Virus record (IMG/VR): IMGVR_UViG_3300050821_022567
Location: 5,764 to 69,763 of that record
Length of the DNA stretch: 64,000 bases
Origin: a virus
Direction: 5' to 3' (one strand)
Shown: one piece after another, positions 47,758 through 58,259 of the stretch
Layout: every line of letters starts with the position of its first letter
Position numbering within the stretch: position 1 is the stretch's first letter
Position numbers and translations under genes: made by a program
Notes under the pieces: model-generated
Told to the model about the DNA's origin: nothing
What the model saw: the letters and a program-made list of their open reading frames with translations, nothing else
Databases searched by the model: none

Positions 47758-48357
47758 CTAATGCATGTTGAAGCCGATGAGGAAGACGCGACCGCCGAGC
47801 GTGACTTCCTTTTGGAACGCGACGGACCAGTCGTCGGCGCGGTCGCGCTCCGCTTTGAACCGGCGGACCTGGCGAGGCTTCCGCTTCTCCGCCGCGCGGA
47901 GGTTCAGGAAGCAGCTCCGCGACGGCTGCTCCTCGAGCACCGCGCGCTGCTCCTCGATGAACGCTTCCAGCGCATCCTTCAGCGCGGCGCGCGTCGCCTC
48001 GTCGAAGTAGCGCTCCCACCCTTCGTCGCGCACGGCGTCGGCGTGCAGGTGCCGGATGCGGTCGTAGATGTGCCGCGCGACGTGGCTCGGGAGTCCGGCA
48101 GCGAAGATGACGCCGTGGAAGCCGCGCGGTGGCGTCTTGCCGGCCACGAAGCCCATCCCGCGGAAGCAGTCGTCGTAGACGAACGGCGCCCAGCGCTTCC
48201 CGCACGGGCACGGCTGCCAAAGTCTGCGCGGCTGGACGGGGTCCTCGTCGGCCGATGGGAGAAGCGCGTACGGCTCCGCGTCGTCGCGCCGCTCGGGCCC
48301 GCGCCCGTGGCAGAAGCCGCACGGCGGCGGCGGGCGTTCTCGCCAAAGAGCGGGCAT
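47758..48357 (-). CDS. Hypothetical protein
   Basis: TGATG-coupled; CxxC and CxC motifs. Confidence 0.55.
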   Translation of the reverse strand: MPALWRERPPPPCGFCHGRGPERRDDAEPYALLPSADEDPVQPRRLWQPCPCGKRWAPFVYDDCFRGMGFVAGKTPPRGFHGVIFAAGLPSHVARHIYDRIRHLHADAVRDEGWERYFDEATRAALKDALEAFIEEQRAVLEEQPSRSCFLNLRAAEKRKPRQVRRFKAERDRADDWSVAFQKEVTLGGRVFLIGFNMH

Positions 48358-49097
48358 CAGGCCGCACTCCCGGGCTTCTGCTTCGGCGAGAGAAACCCTT
48401 CGGTGAGGAAACCCGGCTCGGCCGCCCGCACGGCGTCGAGGACCTCCGCCGCCGCCCCGTCCTCGCCGGAGCGCTGGACCACGTACTGAAGCGCGGGGCG
48501 GAGGCATCGCCGCAGCTTCGAGATCTGGGCGTCCTGCGTCTCGATGTGGCGCGCCATCCGGTCGTCGTGACGGACCTGGGCGCTAACCACGGCTTTGCGG
48601 TGAAGCGTGGCCGACTTCCGGACGTCGTGCGCGCGATCCCTCAGAAGCCGGGAGCGTTCGACGCGCATGCTTTCCTGCAGCGCCTCCTTTTCCCATTCGA
48701 AGCGGTCCCGTTGCAGTTTCAGGAAGGCGCGGAGCTCGGCGGCCGCCCAGTGCTTCTTCGCCGGCGGCACGATGACCGATTGCGGCTTTGGGCGCTCGGC
48801 CAGCTCCCGCATCATCTCCGCCTCGAGCTCGGTGAGGCGCCGGCCGCCCATGGGGCCGTGCCGCGGGAAGACGGTCACGCAGACGAGCGTCCCCTCGTCC
48901 TCCCCTTTGACGACCAGGATGCACGGCGGGTCGGCGATCTCGTACTGCCGCTGGCCGAGGAGCGTCTTGTCGGGGAGCCGCGTGGCCTGCTCCGCGTGCT
49001 CTTCGAGGTAGTGCCTCGCCTTCACGTAGCCCCACTCGGGGGCGACCCGGTCGACGAAGCGCTCGACCGCGTGTTCGGTGATCGCCATCTTGGGCAT
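48357..49097 (-). CDS. Hypothetical protein with ITEHAVERF N-terminal domain
   Basis: GGAGG RBS; motif common in small phage proteins. Confidence 0.6.
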   Translation of the reverse strand: MPKMAITEHAVERFVDRVAPEWGYVKARHYLEEHAEQATRLPDKTLLGQRQYEIADPPCILVVKGEDEGTLVCVTVFPRHGPMGGRRLTELEAEMMRELAERPKPQSVIVPPAKKHWAAAELRAFLKLQRDRFEWEKEALQESMRVERSRLLRDRAHDVRKSATLHRKAVVSAQVRHDDRMARHIETQDAQISKLRRCLRPALQYVVQRSGEDGAAAEVLDAVRAAEPGFLTEGFLSPKQKPGSAA

Positions 49098-49392
49098 CAG
49101 CTGTCCTCCTCGTCATCGACACGGGCGACGCCCAGGTGAGCGCCGAGGTTCAGGCCGACGCTTGGCGTCGACCCGTTGGTTTGGACTACGCGGCGCTTTC
49201 GGGCGCGGCGCGGTTTGGAATCCGGTGGGGCCGCCCTCCGGACGAACACGAGCAGGTTCGGCAGCGCGGAGAAGCGCCCGCGCGGCCCGGTGAGCAAGAC
49301 CATCACGCCGTCGAAGCCTTGCACCCTCCACTCGCCTTTCTCAAAGGCGTGGGTGACGACGTCGCCGACGAGGATGTCCTGCCCCGAGTACT

Positions 49393-49863
49393 TCATGCGG
49401 CGGCTCCGAGGTGCGCCTCGACCTGGGCGAGGACGTCGGGTGGCACGTCGAAGAAGGAGAGCGCCCCCTTGCACGGGACGAAGGGGATCGGGCGGACGTT
49501 CTCGAGGACGAACCCCCACTGCTCCGGGAAGTGCCACCGCCACTCGAGACCCGCCGGATAGCAGCCGACGTGGAGTGCCTCCTGCGAATCGCGCGGGGCG
49601 ATCACCTCGACGAGCTTCGCGATGCCGACGATCCCCCCGCGTTCGGTCTCCTTCCAGCCTGGCATCCGCTGGGCGAGCTTCGCGTCGACGTTCTGCGCGA
49701 ACATGAGCGCGTCGAAGTGTTCGTCTTCGGTGCAGCCCTTCGCTGCGTGGATGAGGAAGTCGCCGCGGAAGGGCGTACGCCAGCGGCGATTCTCGATCGA
49801 CTTCCCGTTGAGGACGAGCCACGCCCACGGCTGGCGCAACGACAGGGCCTTGATGTAGCTCAC
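49393..49863 (-). CDS. ASCH domain protein
   Basis: KALSLRQPWAWLV..GKSIENR.W..RG.FLIHA..GGIVG..KGAL.FF. Confidence 0.88.
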   Translation of the reverse strand: MSYIKALSLRQPWAWLVLNGKSIENRRWRTPFRGDFLIHAAKGCTEDEHFDALMFAQNVDAKLAQRMPGWKETERGGIVGIAKLVEVIAPRDSQEALHVGCYPAGLEWRWHFPEQWGFVLENVRPIPFVPCKGALSFFDVPPDVLAQVEAHLGAAA

Positions 49864-50531
49864 GCGATTTGGACCTTCTCGTCAACGATCCCCGGGGAGA
49901 AGCCGACGAACCCGGACGGCGGCGGCGCCGCTTCTGCCGGCGGCACGAAGCCAGCGGCGCGTAGAGCCGATTCGATCTCGTCAGCGTACTCCGCGTCAGC
50001 CTCAGACCCATGGCTCCCCGCACGTCGGCGCTGCGCATATTCGTAGAGAATGTCTTGCGCACAAGGGTCGTCATACGGGACAAGGACGACTCCTCTGGTC
50101 GTGTCCCTTATATATTGCAAGGCCGCCAGCAACCAGGTGGTCTCGTCGCCTCGTCCTCCCAGCCTAGTGTTACACCGAAGGCACAAAAGCCCACGGAACC
50201 TGCCGGTTACATGGTCATGATCGACGCAAGGAAATGGGTTCTTGTGGACCTCGCCAGGCATGTGTTCTGGAGAGAATGGCAACGAGCAGATAGCGCACTT
50301 GTTATCTTGCGCTGCGAGCACCTTGTCGAATCCAGCCCTGTTGATCCCGAAGGCACGAATCATTTTCATGTAGAAAGCGTTCGGCGCACACGCCTCGCAC
50401 CAGAGTTGGCTTCTGCTGGTTGGCTGATATTCTCCCGCGCAGAATTCGCACGCACGCGGCACCAGGCTCTTGCGGGTGTGAGCCCAGGTCCTCCCCATCG
50501 GGGCTTTTTCGTCGATGAGATGCTTGGTCAT
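49860..50531 (-). CDS. Endonuclease VII-family (His-Me) endonuclease
   Basis: QDNKCAIC..VDHDHVTGRFRGLLCLRCNTRLG; lower GC. Confidence 0.85.
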   Translation of the reverse strand: MTKHLIDEKAPMGRTWAHTRKSLVPRACEFCAGEYQPTSRSQLWCEACAPNAFYMKMIRAFGINRAGFDKVLAAQDNKCAICSLPFSPEHMPGEVHKNPFPCVDHDHVTGRFRGLLCLRCNTRLGGRGDETTWLLAALQYIRDTTRGVVLVPYDDPCAQDILYEYAQRRRAGSHGSEADAEYADEIESALRAAGFVPPAEAAPPPSGFVGFSPGIVDEKVQIA

Positions 50532-50543
50532 GTTCGCTCCTGT

Positions 50544-51029
50544 TCAGAAAGGAATCTCGTCGTCGCCGCCACCACCCAAGCCCTCGTCGAAGTCGTCCTG
50601 CGGCAGGGGCGCGTTGCCACCCCCACCGCCTCCGCCCGCGGGCGCGCGCTGGCCGCTCCCTCGGCTTCCACCGCCCCCGCCCTGGCTGTCCCCGCCGCGG
50701 CCGCCGCCGCAGAGAACGACGTTCTCGACCTGCACGTCGGTCGCGTAGCGCTTCTCGCCGTTCTTCTCGTAGGAGCGCGTCTGCAGCCGCCCCTCGACAT
50801 AGATGCGGTCTCCCTTCTTCAGGATCTTCGCGAGCCCCTCGGCGCGCTTCCCCCAGCAGACCGCGGTGTGCCAGTCGGTCTGTTCCTGCCGGGTGTTGTT
50901 CTTGTCGAGGTAGGACCGCATCGTCGCGATGCGGAGGTTCATGACCGCCTGTCCGCCGTTGAGCATCTTGAGCTCCGGGTCGGCGCCGAGGTTCCCCAAT
51001 AGCTGGACCCTGTTTAGACCTTCCGCCAT
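50544..51029 (-). CDS. ssb: Single-stranded DNA-binding protein
   Basis: LNRVQLLGNLGADPE, KGDRIYVEGRLQTRSY, Gly-rich linker, DDEIPF tail. Confidence 0.96.
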   Translation of the reverse strand: MAEGLNRVQLLGNLGADPELKMLNGGQAVMNLRIATMRSYLDKNNTRQEQTDWHTAVCWGKRAEGLAKILKKGDRIYVEGRLQTRSYEKNGEKRYATDVQVENVVLCGGGRGGDSQGGGGGSRGSGQRAPAGGGGGGGNAPLPQDDFDEGLGGGGDDEIPF

Positions 51030-51030
51030 G

Positions 51031-51486
51031 TCAGCCTTCCTTTGGCGGCGCGATGCCCGGCCGCATGTTCGTCTGCCCGAGAATCGCGGCGTGCCAGTTG
51101 GCGAGCGCAGCGGCGGAGGAGATCGTGTGGTGGAGCGCCTTCTCCACGTTCCCCGCGAGGTGAGCGGTGAGCGCCTTGCCCGCGAGGTACCCGATGAGCC
51201 AGAACCAGTCGGACGGCTCTTTGCCCCCGTCGTGGTCGGAGCCCCAGCGTTCCCGCTGATGCGCGACCTCGAGCTTCACGCCTTCCACGAAGGACGTCGT
51301 CTCGGGCGTGTTGAGCTTCGCTTCCAGATCGGCGATCCGAGTCCGGAGCCGGGCCTTCTCGCACTCGTGGCAGAGCGGCGGGTCGGTGGGCTCGCACCCG
51401 TCGTCGAGCGCGATGCCGTGATGGCAATCGACGCAGTCCGAAGTGTCGGGGTCGTAGTCGATGTCGTCCCGTTCCTCGTCGCTCAC
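51031..51486 (-). CDS. Conserved phage protein, possible all-helical MazG-like nucleotide-binding fold
   Basis: EVAHQRERWG..DWFWLIGYLAGKAL..KALHHTISSAAALANWH; function is inferred. Confidence 0.55.
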   Translation of the reverse strand: MSDEERDDIDYDPDTSDCVDCHHGIALDDGCEPTDPPLCHECEKARLRTRIADLEAKLNTPETTSFVEGVKLEVAHQRERWGSDHDGGKEPSDWFWLIGYLAGKALTAHLAGNVEKALHHTISSAAALANWHAAILGQTNMRPGIAPPKEG

Positions 51487-52130
51487 GTTCCCTCCAAGCG
51501 TTTGAAGGAGACGACCCAGACCCACGGATTCGAGGACCACGGAGCGCGGGACGCGTTGATCTGGTCCCAGAGCGTCGCGTACGCCTCGACCGCGGTGCTG
51601 CCAACGTCGTCGCCGCGAACGCCTTGCACACCGAAGATCGACCCGTTCGGGAGTCGGAACTCGTGGATTCCCTCTGCGCGCGCGTCCTCTTCCGTGATCG
51701 CCTGAAGCCGCTCGACGCGGACGCTGGTGATCTCGAGCGTGATGCGCGATTGGTGTCGGCGCATAAAGATCGACGGGGTCCATCGCATTGGGTCAACCGG
51801 GACTCGCTTCCCGGTCTGCGGGTCGTTCGTGATCGGCTCGCCATCGGCACGGTAGACGAGGCGATGTCCGTTTCCGGTGAGTAAGGCCCACGTCTCGCGC
51901 ACCCATAGATGATCGCCAGGGAGGCCGTATGGGCACCGGACGAACGACGATGAGCCCCCCGCCTCTGCCCCCGCAATCCACCAAAGATCGTTCGGCTGAG
52001 TGCCGATAACGTCCTTCGTGACCGCAACTGATCCTCCCGCACCACGCACGATTCGGCGGGTCTGCGTCTTGGTCCCATCGAGTATCGCGTGGACCATCGG
52101 AGCGCTGAAGAGAATCGGCCTGGTCTTCAC
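51483..52130 (-). CDS. Phage ASCH/PUA-like protein
   Basis: RPILFSAPMVHAILDGTKTQTRR, LWVRETW, WTPSIFM, RITLEIT, NPWVWVVSF. Confidence 0.85.
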   Translation of the reverse strand: MKTRPILFSAPMVHAILDGTKTQTRRIVRGAGGSVAVTKDVIGTQPNDLWWIAGAEAGGSSSFVRCPYGLPGDHLWVRETWALLTGNGHRLVYRADGEPITNDPQTGKRVPVDPMRWTPSIFMRRHQSRITLEITSVRVERLQAITEEDARAEGIHEFRLPNGSIFGVQGVRGDDVGSTAVEAYATLWDQINASRAPWSSNPWVWVVSFKRLEGT

Positions 52131-52765
52131 GACGCCGCCCCCGGTCCTTCGAACTTGATCCGCGCGATCTCCTCCTTCGTCGCCCCGGCCTCCGCTAGTT
52201 CGCGACGCAGGAGTCGTTCATCGCTCGTGTGGACGATGACGGAGCCGCCCTCGCGCAAGGCTTCGAGCGTCGCGCGGCAGAAGGAGTCCTCCGCCTTGGG
52301 ACGGGGGCTCACGGTCCGCCCTCGTAGCGCATGGCCGCGAGTTCGGCGGGCAGTTCCCGGACCTCCACGCTGCCGAGCGGCCAGCTCTCGCGCGCGAGCC
52401 GCGCCTCCATCTCCTCCTTCGTCCCCTGCTCGTAGCGGGGCCCTGGGATGCCTGCGCCCTGACCCCAGTGAGGTTCCTCAACACGCACGCCCGCAAGGGA
52501 CGATCGCCCAAAGAACCAAAAGCCCCATCGCTTCGGGGGCGGCTCCGCGATGCCGGTCTTCCCCGCCGACGTTATCGCGGCCATCTGCACCTTCAGCCGC
52601 TCGACGTCGGTCTCCAGATCCACCACGCGCCGGTGGAGCGCTGGGATGTCCACCGAGACGGAGTAGATGAGCCCGCAGCGGCAGTGCCACACCGCACCGC
52701 TCGGGCCCCCGAGGGCAACCTCCGAAAGCTTGGTTCCGCATGCGCACTTCATCGCTTCGCTCCCT

Positions 52766-53521
52766 TCACGACGCCGCCTTCACCGGCGAAGGCGCCCGCC
52801 AGTTGCTCTTCGCCCGCTCCGTTAGGATGCGGACGCGCATCTTGTAGATGGCGTCCTCGAAGGATTCGGCGTTCACGCCCATCCAGCTGACCGGGCCCTT
52901 GCTTCCTCCGAGGTCGATCGCCGGCTTGAAGTCGAAGGAGACGAACGACCGCGTGACGACGAGCGCCGGAAAGAGCCTCGATCGGAACCGCCCGCGCGAG
53001 AGCGTGAGCGTGCAGGCTTGAGGCCCTTCGTCGAGTTCGATCGTGTCTTCGCGCTGAGCGAGATCCTCCTCGTCTCCGATGCGCTGGCCGGGATGCCCAA
53101 ACGGATGCCAGGCTCCACGGCGCCAGGGCGCCGCACGCCGGCTCCATTCATGAGCGGGGGCGAAGACGTCCCACCAAACGGCCCAGTCGAAGATCCGGAG
53201 CGAGGTCTCGTACTCTTGGAACGCCACGGTCTGCACGCCGAGCGCACGCAGCACGGCGCGGATCTCGCGCGCCACCTTCCACGACTGGAAGCCGAGGTGA
53301 AGCCCGACGGGCGGGACGCACGCCTGGACCTTGACGAGGTCCTCGCCGTCGAGACTCCCATCGCCTCCGATCGCAAAGCGACCGCTCGGGAAGAGGACCT
53401 GCGCCGAGAAGTGACCGACGCCCGCGACGTGGAGGTGGTACTCGCGATTGAATCGTTCGCTGCCCTCCTGCGCAGCGCGGTCGATCGTGTGGAGACGGAA
53501 GGGTGGCTCGTGCTCGGTCAT
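52766..53521 (-). CDS. Hypothetical protein
   Basis: AAAGGA RBS; ATGA overlap. Confidence 0.55.
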   Translation of the reverse strand: MTEHEPPFRLHTIDRAAQEGSERFNREYHLHVAGVGHFSAQVLFPSGRFAIGGDGSLDGEDLVKVQACVPPVGLHLGFQSWKVAREIRAVLRALGVQTVAFQEYETSLRIFDWAVWWDVFAPAHEWSRRAAPWRRGAWHPFGHPGQRIGDEEDLAQREDTIELDEGPQACTLTLSRGRFRSRLFPALVVTRSFVSFDFKPAIDLGGSKGPVSWMGVNAESFEDAIYKMRVRILTERAKSNWRAPSPVKAAS

Positions 53522-55266
53522 GGGGTTCCTTTCTTCTTCGCTTCGTTCTCGAGCGCGCGCTTGCGGCGTCGCTCTCGTTTGGCCTCTGCGGCAGAGAGCC
53601 GCTCCGCCGCTCCCGCGCGCTCGACGAATTGCATCGCGTCGCGGTGATCGTCCGACGGGACGACGAGCGCGCCACGCTCGGGGGCTGGCCGCCGCCGCAC
53701 CGCACGCACCGCACGCACCTCCTCGACTTCCGTCCCGACCGTGAGGCCGGACTGCGCGATCGCCCGGTGAAGATCTGCGACCGGATCTGCGTTTCGGACG
53801 GTCCAGTCCGTGCTCTCCGCCCGAGTAAGCGTGACTCGCCCTTGCTCTTCGTCGCGCAGCTTTCGGCGGAAGATCCGCTCGCGCTCGTCCTCGATTGTGG
53901 ACAAGCTCGCCGCGGCTCGCTCCCGCGCCTCGCGCTCTTCCTCCGGAGAAAGCGGAGGGAAGAACTCGCGCCGAGGAGGCCCGGACTGGACGAGCCCGGC
54001 GAGACCGAGCGACGCCAGCGCGAGCACGACTCTGGACCGCAGCGGGATCACGACGTCTCACTATTGCGACTGGCTACCTGATTAGCCAGTGCTGGCGCGA
54101 CAAGAGACGCCATCTTGATGGCCCGAATTCCCGACGAGTACACCGCAGCCCGAATGGGCTGACCGTTCGGCGAGAGACCGTTCGGGGCGAGCGCGGCCTC
54201 CATCCCTTCGACCGCCGCAGCGCACTCGTCGATCGCATACTCACGCACGCCGAGCATCGCGCTAGCGAGTGACTCGACCGCGGCGGCGCGCGCTTGCTTC
54301 GTCTCGTCGAGCGAGAGGGGGGAGAGCGGGCCGAGGAGTCCGTCGAGAAACCGGGAGGCTTGCAGACGCGCGCTCGCGGAGTATTGCTGCGCCATCCGGA
54401 GCTTCGCCTCGGCGACGGACGTCGCGGGCGGATCTTCCGCGGACGGGGCCGGGAGGCCCGCGACGGTCGCGAGCAATTCCTTCGCGCGCGCGACTCCGTC
54501 GGGAGAATTTCGATAGCCGATCGGCCTATTCGGGTCTCGCTCCTCGGGGATGTAGACGTCGGAGGATGCTTCCGTCGCCGCCGCGCGCTCGTCCACCTTG
54601 GCCCGTTCCTCCTCGACTTCGATGTACGTCCCGTCGTGCGTCGTTCGTTCGCGCGTCATGCTTCCTCCGGTATGGTGTTCGGGTCGCAGAGAAGTTCGCC
54701 CTCGTCGTTGCGTTCGCGCGCGCAGTCCGGTTTCCCGCAGCCCCGGCAGGGAACGCCGGCCGCGCGCTCGTACTTGATGATCGCCGCGAAGAGCCGAGCC
54801 TTGTCGGCGATGTGGCAGTCCACGCTCGCCGCCTCGTAGGCGCACTCGAGGAGATGGTCGATCGCGGTGGCGACGGCAGCCTCGCGATGGATCCGGGAGA
54901 ACGCCAAGCCGAGCGGCTCCGTGACGTCCTCGGCGCTCCCTTGCGCGAGACGGCACGCTTCGGTGATGGCCAGTTTCTTCGAGTAGCGGCGCAGCGCGCG
55001 TCCCATGTCGAACGGCGCGACGCTCCAGTGCTCGACATTCCCGTCGACATCATACGAAGCGCAGGCGACGAACTTGCCGCCCGGCCCTTCGAAGGTGAAG
55101 GTCCTCGCCACGTCGTAGAGACAGCGCAGTCGCTGAAGCTCGGCACCCTCAGCGGCCTTACGCGCCTCGATCGCCGCCTGGCACCCCTGGCAGTACCCGG
55201 GGCCCAAGGGCCACGTCTCCTGGTGCTCTTCGCACCATCCGGTCTCGTGACGGTCCGACTCCTGCG

Positions 55267-56007
55267 TCATGCACCCTCCTTCGGTTTCAACCGCCGCTCG
55301 ATCTCGTCCACGAACGCGGACGGCGGCAGGTCCTCGCCTGCGCCTTCCTCGAAGATCAACGACGTCCAATCTTCGTGGTCCGGCCCCTGGACCACGAACG
55401 CCCCGATCGTGACGTTGTGCTTCTGAATCCCAGAACATGGGATCCGCCGCGCGAGCTCGGCGCGGACTTCCGCGAACCACCGGACGGGCGCGACATGGCC
55501 GCTGACGAGCACCTCCGCGTCGCGGTGCATGATGCTGAAGGTCGAGGTCACCGGACCGTCCTCGCTCGGGCACGCGCCGCCTTTCCCTACGCGCTTGGCT
55601 CCGCAGAGCCGGCAGGTCCCGAGGATGATGCCGCGGCATCGGCACTCCGCCTTCGGGTCTCCACCGTCGCGGTGCCGCGCGCACCCCTGGTCGGCGCGGA
55701 GAACATGGCCGCCGGCTCGTGCCGCGGCGAGCTGTTCGCGCAGCAGCTCGACCTCCGCCGCGGACTTCGCCAGTAGCTCGAGGGGGTCCTGAAAGAGCTT
55801 CGCCGCGTCGAGCTCCGCGGCCAGCTCGCACCCCGGCCGGTGCCGAACCGCGTGCCCCATGACAGGCGCCGTGCTCGCCACATCCTCCATGACCTCGGCC
55901 CGGCAGCACGGGCACTCCCGCCAGGAGCCCGGCCGGTGCTTGGTCATGAAGGCGGAGTCCGGATGGCCCCACTCGACGCGGCGGAGGATCTCGAGCGCGC
56001 GGCTCAT
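55267..56007 (-). CDS. Cys-rich hypothetical protein
   Basis: GAGG RBS, coupled ORF; start inferred. Confidence 0.5.
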   Translation of the reverse strand: MSRALEILRRVEWGHPDSAFMTKHRPGSWRECPCCRAEVMEDVASTAPVMGHAVRHRPGCELAAELDAAKLFQDPLELLAKSAAEVELLREQLAAARAGGHVLRADQGCARHRDGGDPKAECRCRGIILGTCRLCGAKRVGKGGACPSEDGPVTSTFSIMHRDAEVLVSGHVAPVRWFAEVRAELARRIPCSGIQKHNVTIGAFVVQGPDHEDWTSLIFEEGAGEDLPPSAFVDEIERRLKPKEGA

Positions 56008-56445
56008 TTCCCACCTCGACATTTCGGACAGCAAAGCTTCCGGACGAAGATCCCTAGGAAGCCGTAGCCCCGCGCGAACTCCCAGCCTGCGGGTAGCGAC
56101 CTCGGCGTGGGAATGTCGTTGGTGATTGTCACGTCGACATCGGCTCGAGCTTCGCAACTGTCGCAGACGATCACGCCCTTCACGAAGATCACGGTACGAC
56201 CTGATCTTTCAGCGCATCCGCGCACTCCGCCCCGGTGAGCGGGAGCCCCTGGTCGTGGAGCGATTGGAGCGCCGCCGCCGCGGAGAGGAGCGTCCCGTTG
56301 CGGAGCGCCTTTAGCGTCCCGCCGACGAGCGCGATCGCGCGCTCCGCCCGGTTCTCCCCGCGAAGCTCCCCGAGCGCGGTGATGAGCTGAATCGCGTGCT
56401 GCCGGGCATCGTCGTTCACGTTGGCAATGAAGTCTTCTTGTTCGG

Positions 56446-56817
56446 TCATTTCCTCTGCTCCTTCACGTGCTCCACCGGAGTCCGGTCCTCCGGGTCGCCG
56501 TTGTAGTTCACCGTCACCTCCTCGCCGGGCAGGATGGAGTGCCGAGCGAAGAAATGGAGCTCGCGACTCCGGATGCGAGACCGGTAGACGGCGTTCGGGC
56601 GGTAGGCGTGGTTGACGAGGCTCCCATACCCGAGCGCCAGCGCTCCCGTCGCAGGGTCTCCCCACTCGAAGACGTAGAACTCGAGGACGGGACCAAGAAG
56701 CGCGCGCATCGGCGCGACGATGACCGGGCACGCCATCACGAGCTCGTGGCAGGCGAAGCGGCGCGTCGCGTAGACGCCACGGCCCTTCGAGTTGCGTCGG
56801 ACGACGAGCCCGGTCAC
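56446..56817 (-). CDS. SET-domain protein (lysine methyltransferase family)
   Basis: KGRGVYATRRF, LGYGSLVNHAYRPNA, ARHSILPGEEVTVNY. Confidence 0.85.
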   Translation of the reverse strand: MTGLVVRRNSKGRGVYATRRFACHELVMACPVIVAPMRALLGPVLEFYVFEWGDPATGALALGYGSLVNHAYRPNAVYRSRIRSRELHFFARHSILPGEEVTVNYNGDPEDRTPVEHVKEQRK

Positions 56818-57179
56818 GGCCGACTCTCCGGAGCGGCCGGCAGCGCGCGCGCGTCCTCTGCGCGCTCCCGTTCGATCTCCGCCGCCTCGTTGTCGATCCA
56901 GGATTCGAAGAGGTCGAGGACGGCGCCCGCCGTGTTGCCGACGAATTCGTGGTGCCGCGAGCCACCAATCACGTAGCAGTGAAGATGCAGTTTCCACTCC
57001 GGCTGGTCCCCCGCGCGGTGCTCCCAGACGTTCGGGTAGGACCGCACGATCTCGACGGCCCCCTCGTACGACTTGCAGTGGGGATCCTCGGCGAGATGCC
57101 TCTCGATCATCACGAAGAGGCGCTCGCGCAGCGCGTTGAGTCGCTCCTCATGCAGCGCGGTGAATTCGGCGGCGCTCAC
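56814..57179 (-). CDS. Hypothetical protein
   Basis: GTGA-coupled on both sides. Confidence 0.55.
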   Translation of the reverse strand: MSAAEFTALHEERLNALRERLFVMIERHLAEDPHCKSYEGAVEIVRSYPNVWEHRAGDQPEWKLHLHCYVIGGSRHHEFVGNTAGAVLDLFESWIDNEAAEIERERAEDARALPAAPESRP

Positions 57180-58066
57180 GACTGGCCTCCCTCGAAGAAG
57201 ATGGGGCTCGCCTGGACGGGCCAGCCCTTCGTCGCGAGCTTCAGCGACCGGAGCTTGCTCACCGCGTTCTGGAATCCGCTGGACGTCCGGGAGTAGTTCG
57301 TCGCCGCGGAGAGCTGGTCTTGGTCGAGCGGGTCTGGGTGCGCGATGCAGAGCGCCCTCAGAATCGTGCCCTCCGCCTTCGGCAGGCTCCGAACCCAGTA
57401 GTCCACGAGATCACGCCCGGTCGGCATCGGGGCGACGGCAAGCCCCAAGTCCTCCGATTCGCGCCCCCCGTCGGCGGTGACCCGCACGTTGTCCGCGCCC
57501 CCCTCCGCGAACCCGAGGGAACGAAGCCGGCTGAGTGCGTTCTGGAAGCCGCTCGACTTGAACGAGTACCCCGAGAGGACCGCGAGCTGCGCGGCCGACG
57601 TCGCCTCCCCTTCCCTCTGCGCGAGCACCGCGAGGAGGGCGCGCTCGCAGCGGCCGAGTCCCCCGGACCGCGCCTCCTTCAGCGCTTCCTTGAGGGTGGC
57701 CTTCTTCGGCGCGCGGAGAATCTCCGGCATCGGGCGCCCGGACGCCGACGGACGCCCCTCGAGCGCTGCGACCCGCGCCTCGAGCTCCCGCACGCGTTCC
57801 GCGAGCCCGCCCTCCGCCGCCGGCGCGCGCTCGACCTTCACGAGGTGCGGCGCGTCGAGCTTCTCCCCCGCGGCCGCCCGGCGGCAGAGCAGGATGACCG
57901 TCTCCATCCCCGCGACGCGCTCGAGGACGAGCGCCTTCGCCTCCTCGTCCGCGGGGAGCGTGTGGGTGAGTGCGCGCATCTGAACGAGCGCGGCCGCGAT
58001 GGGCGGCGCGAACGGGCTCCCCGCGGGCACCTCGGGCTCCTTGAAGCGGCGGCGCTTGGCGCTCAC
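57176..58066 (-). CDS. Tandem wHTH-repeat protein
   Basis: GYSFKSSGFQNALSRLRSLG and NYSRTSSGFQNAVSKLRSLK repeats. Confidence 0.65.
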   Translation of the reverse strand: MSAKRRRFKEPEVPAGSPFAPPIAAALVQMRALTHTLPADEEAKALVLERVAGMETVILLCRRAAAGEKLDAPHLVKVERAPAAEGGLAERVRELEARVAALEGRPSASGRPMPEILRAPKKATLKEALKEARSGGLGRCERALLAVLAQREGEATSAAQLAVLSGYSFKSSGFQNALSRLRSLGFAEGGADNVRVTADGGRESEDLGLAVAPMPTGRDLVDYWVRSLPKAEGTILRALCIAHPDPLDQDQLSAATNYSRTSSGFQNAVSKLRSLKLATKGWPVQASPIFFEGGQS

Positions 58067-58259
58067 GGCCCGTCTCCCATCTCGCGCGAATGCTTCGTCG
58101 GCGCGCGCCGATTGAGCCCGCCGCTTCGCTCGATGAACCACGTCGCGTTCGCCAGGCGCCAGATCTCGTGGCGAATCCTCCGGAGCTCCGAGACGAGGCA
58201 GAGGAGAGCGAACCCGAAGAAGAGCATCGCCGCGCCAGCCATGAGCCTGTCACCGTCGT

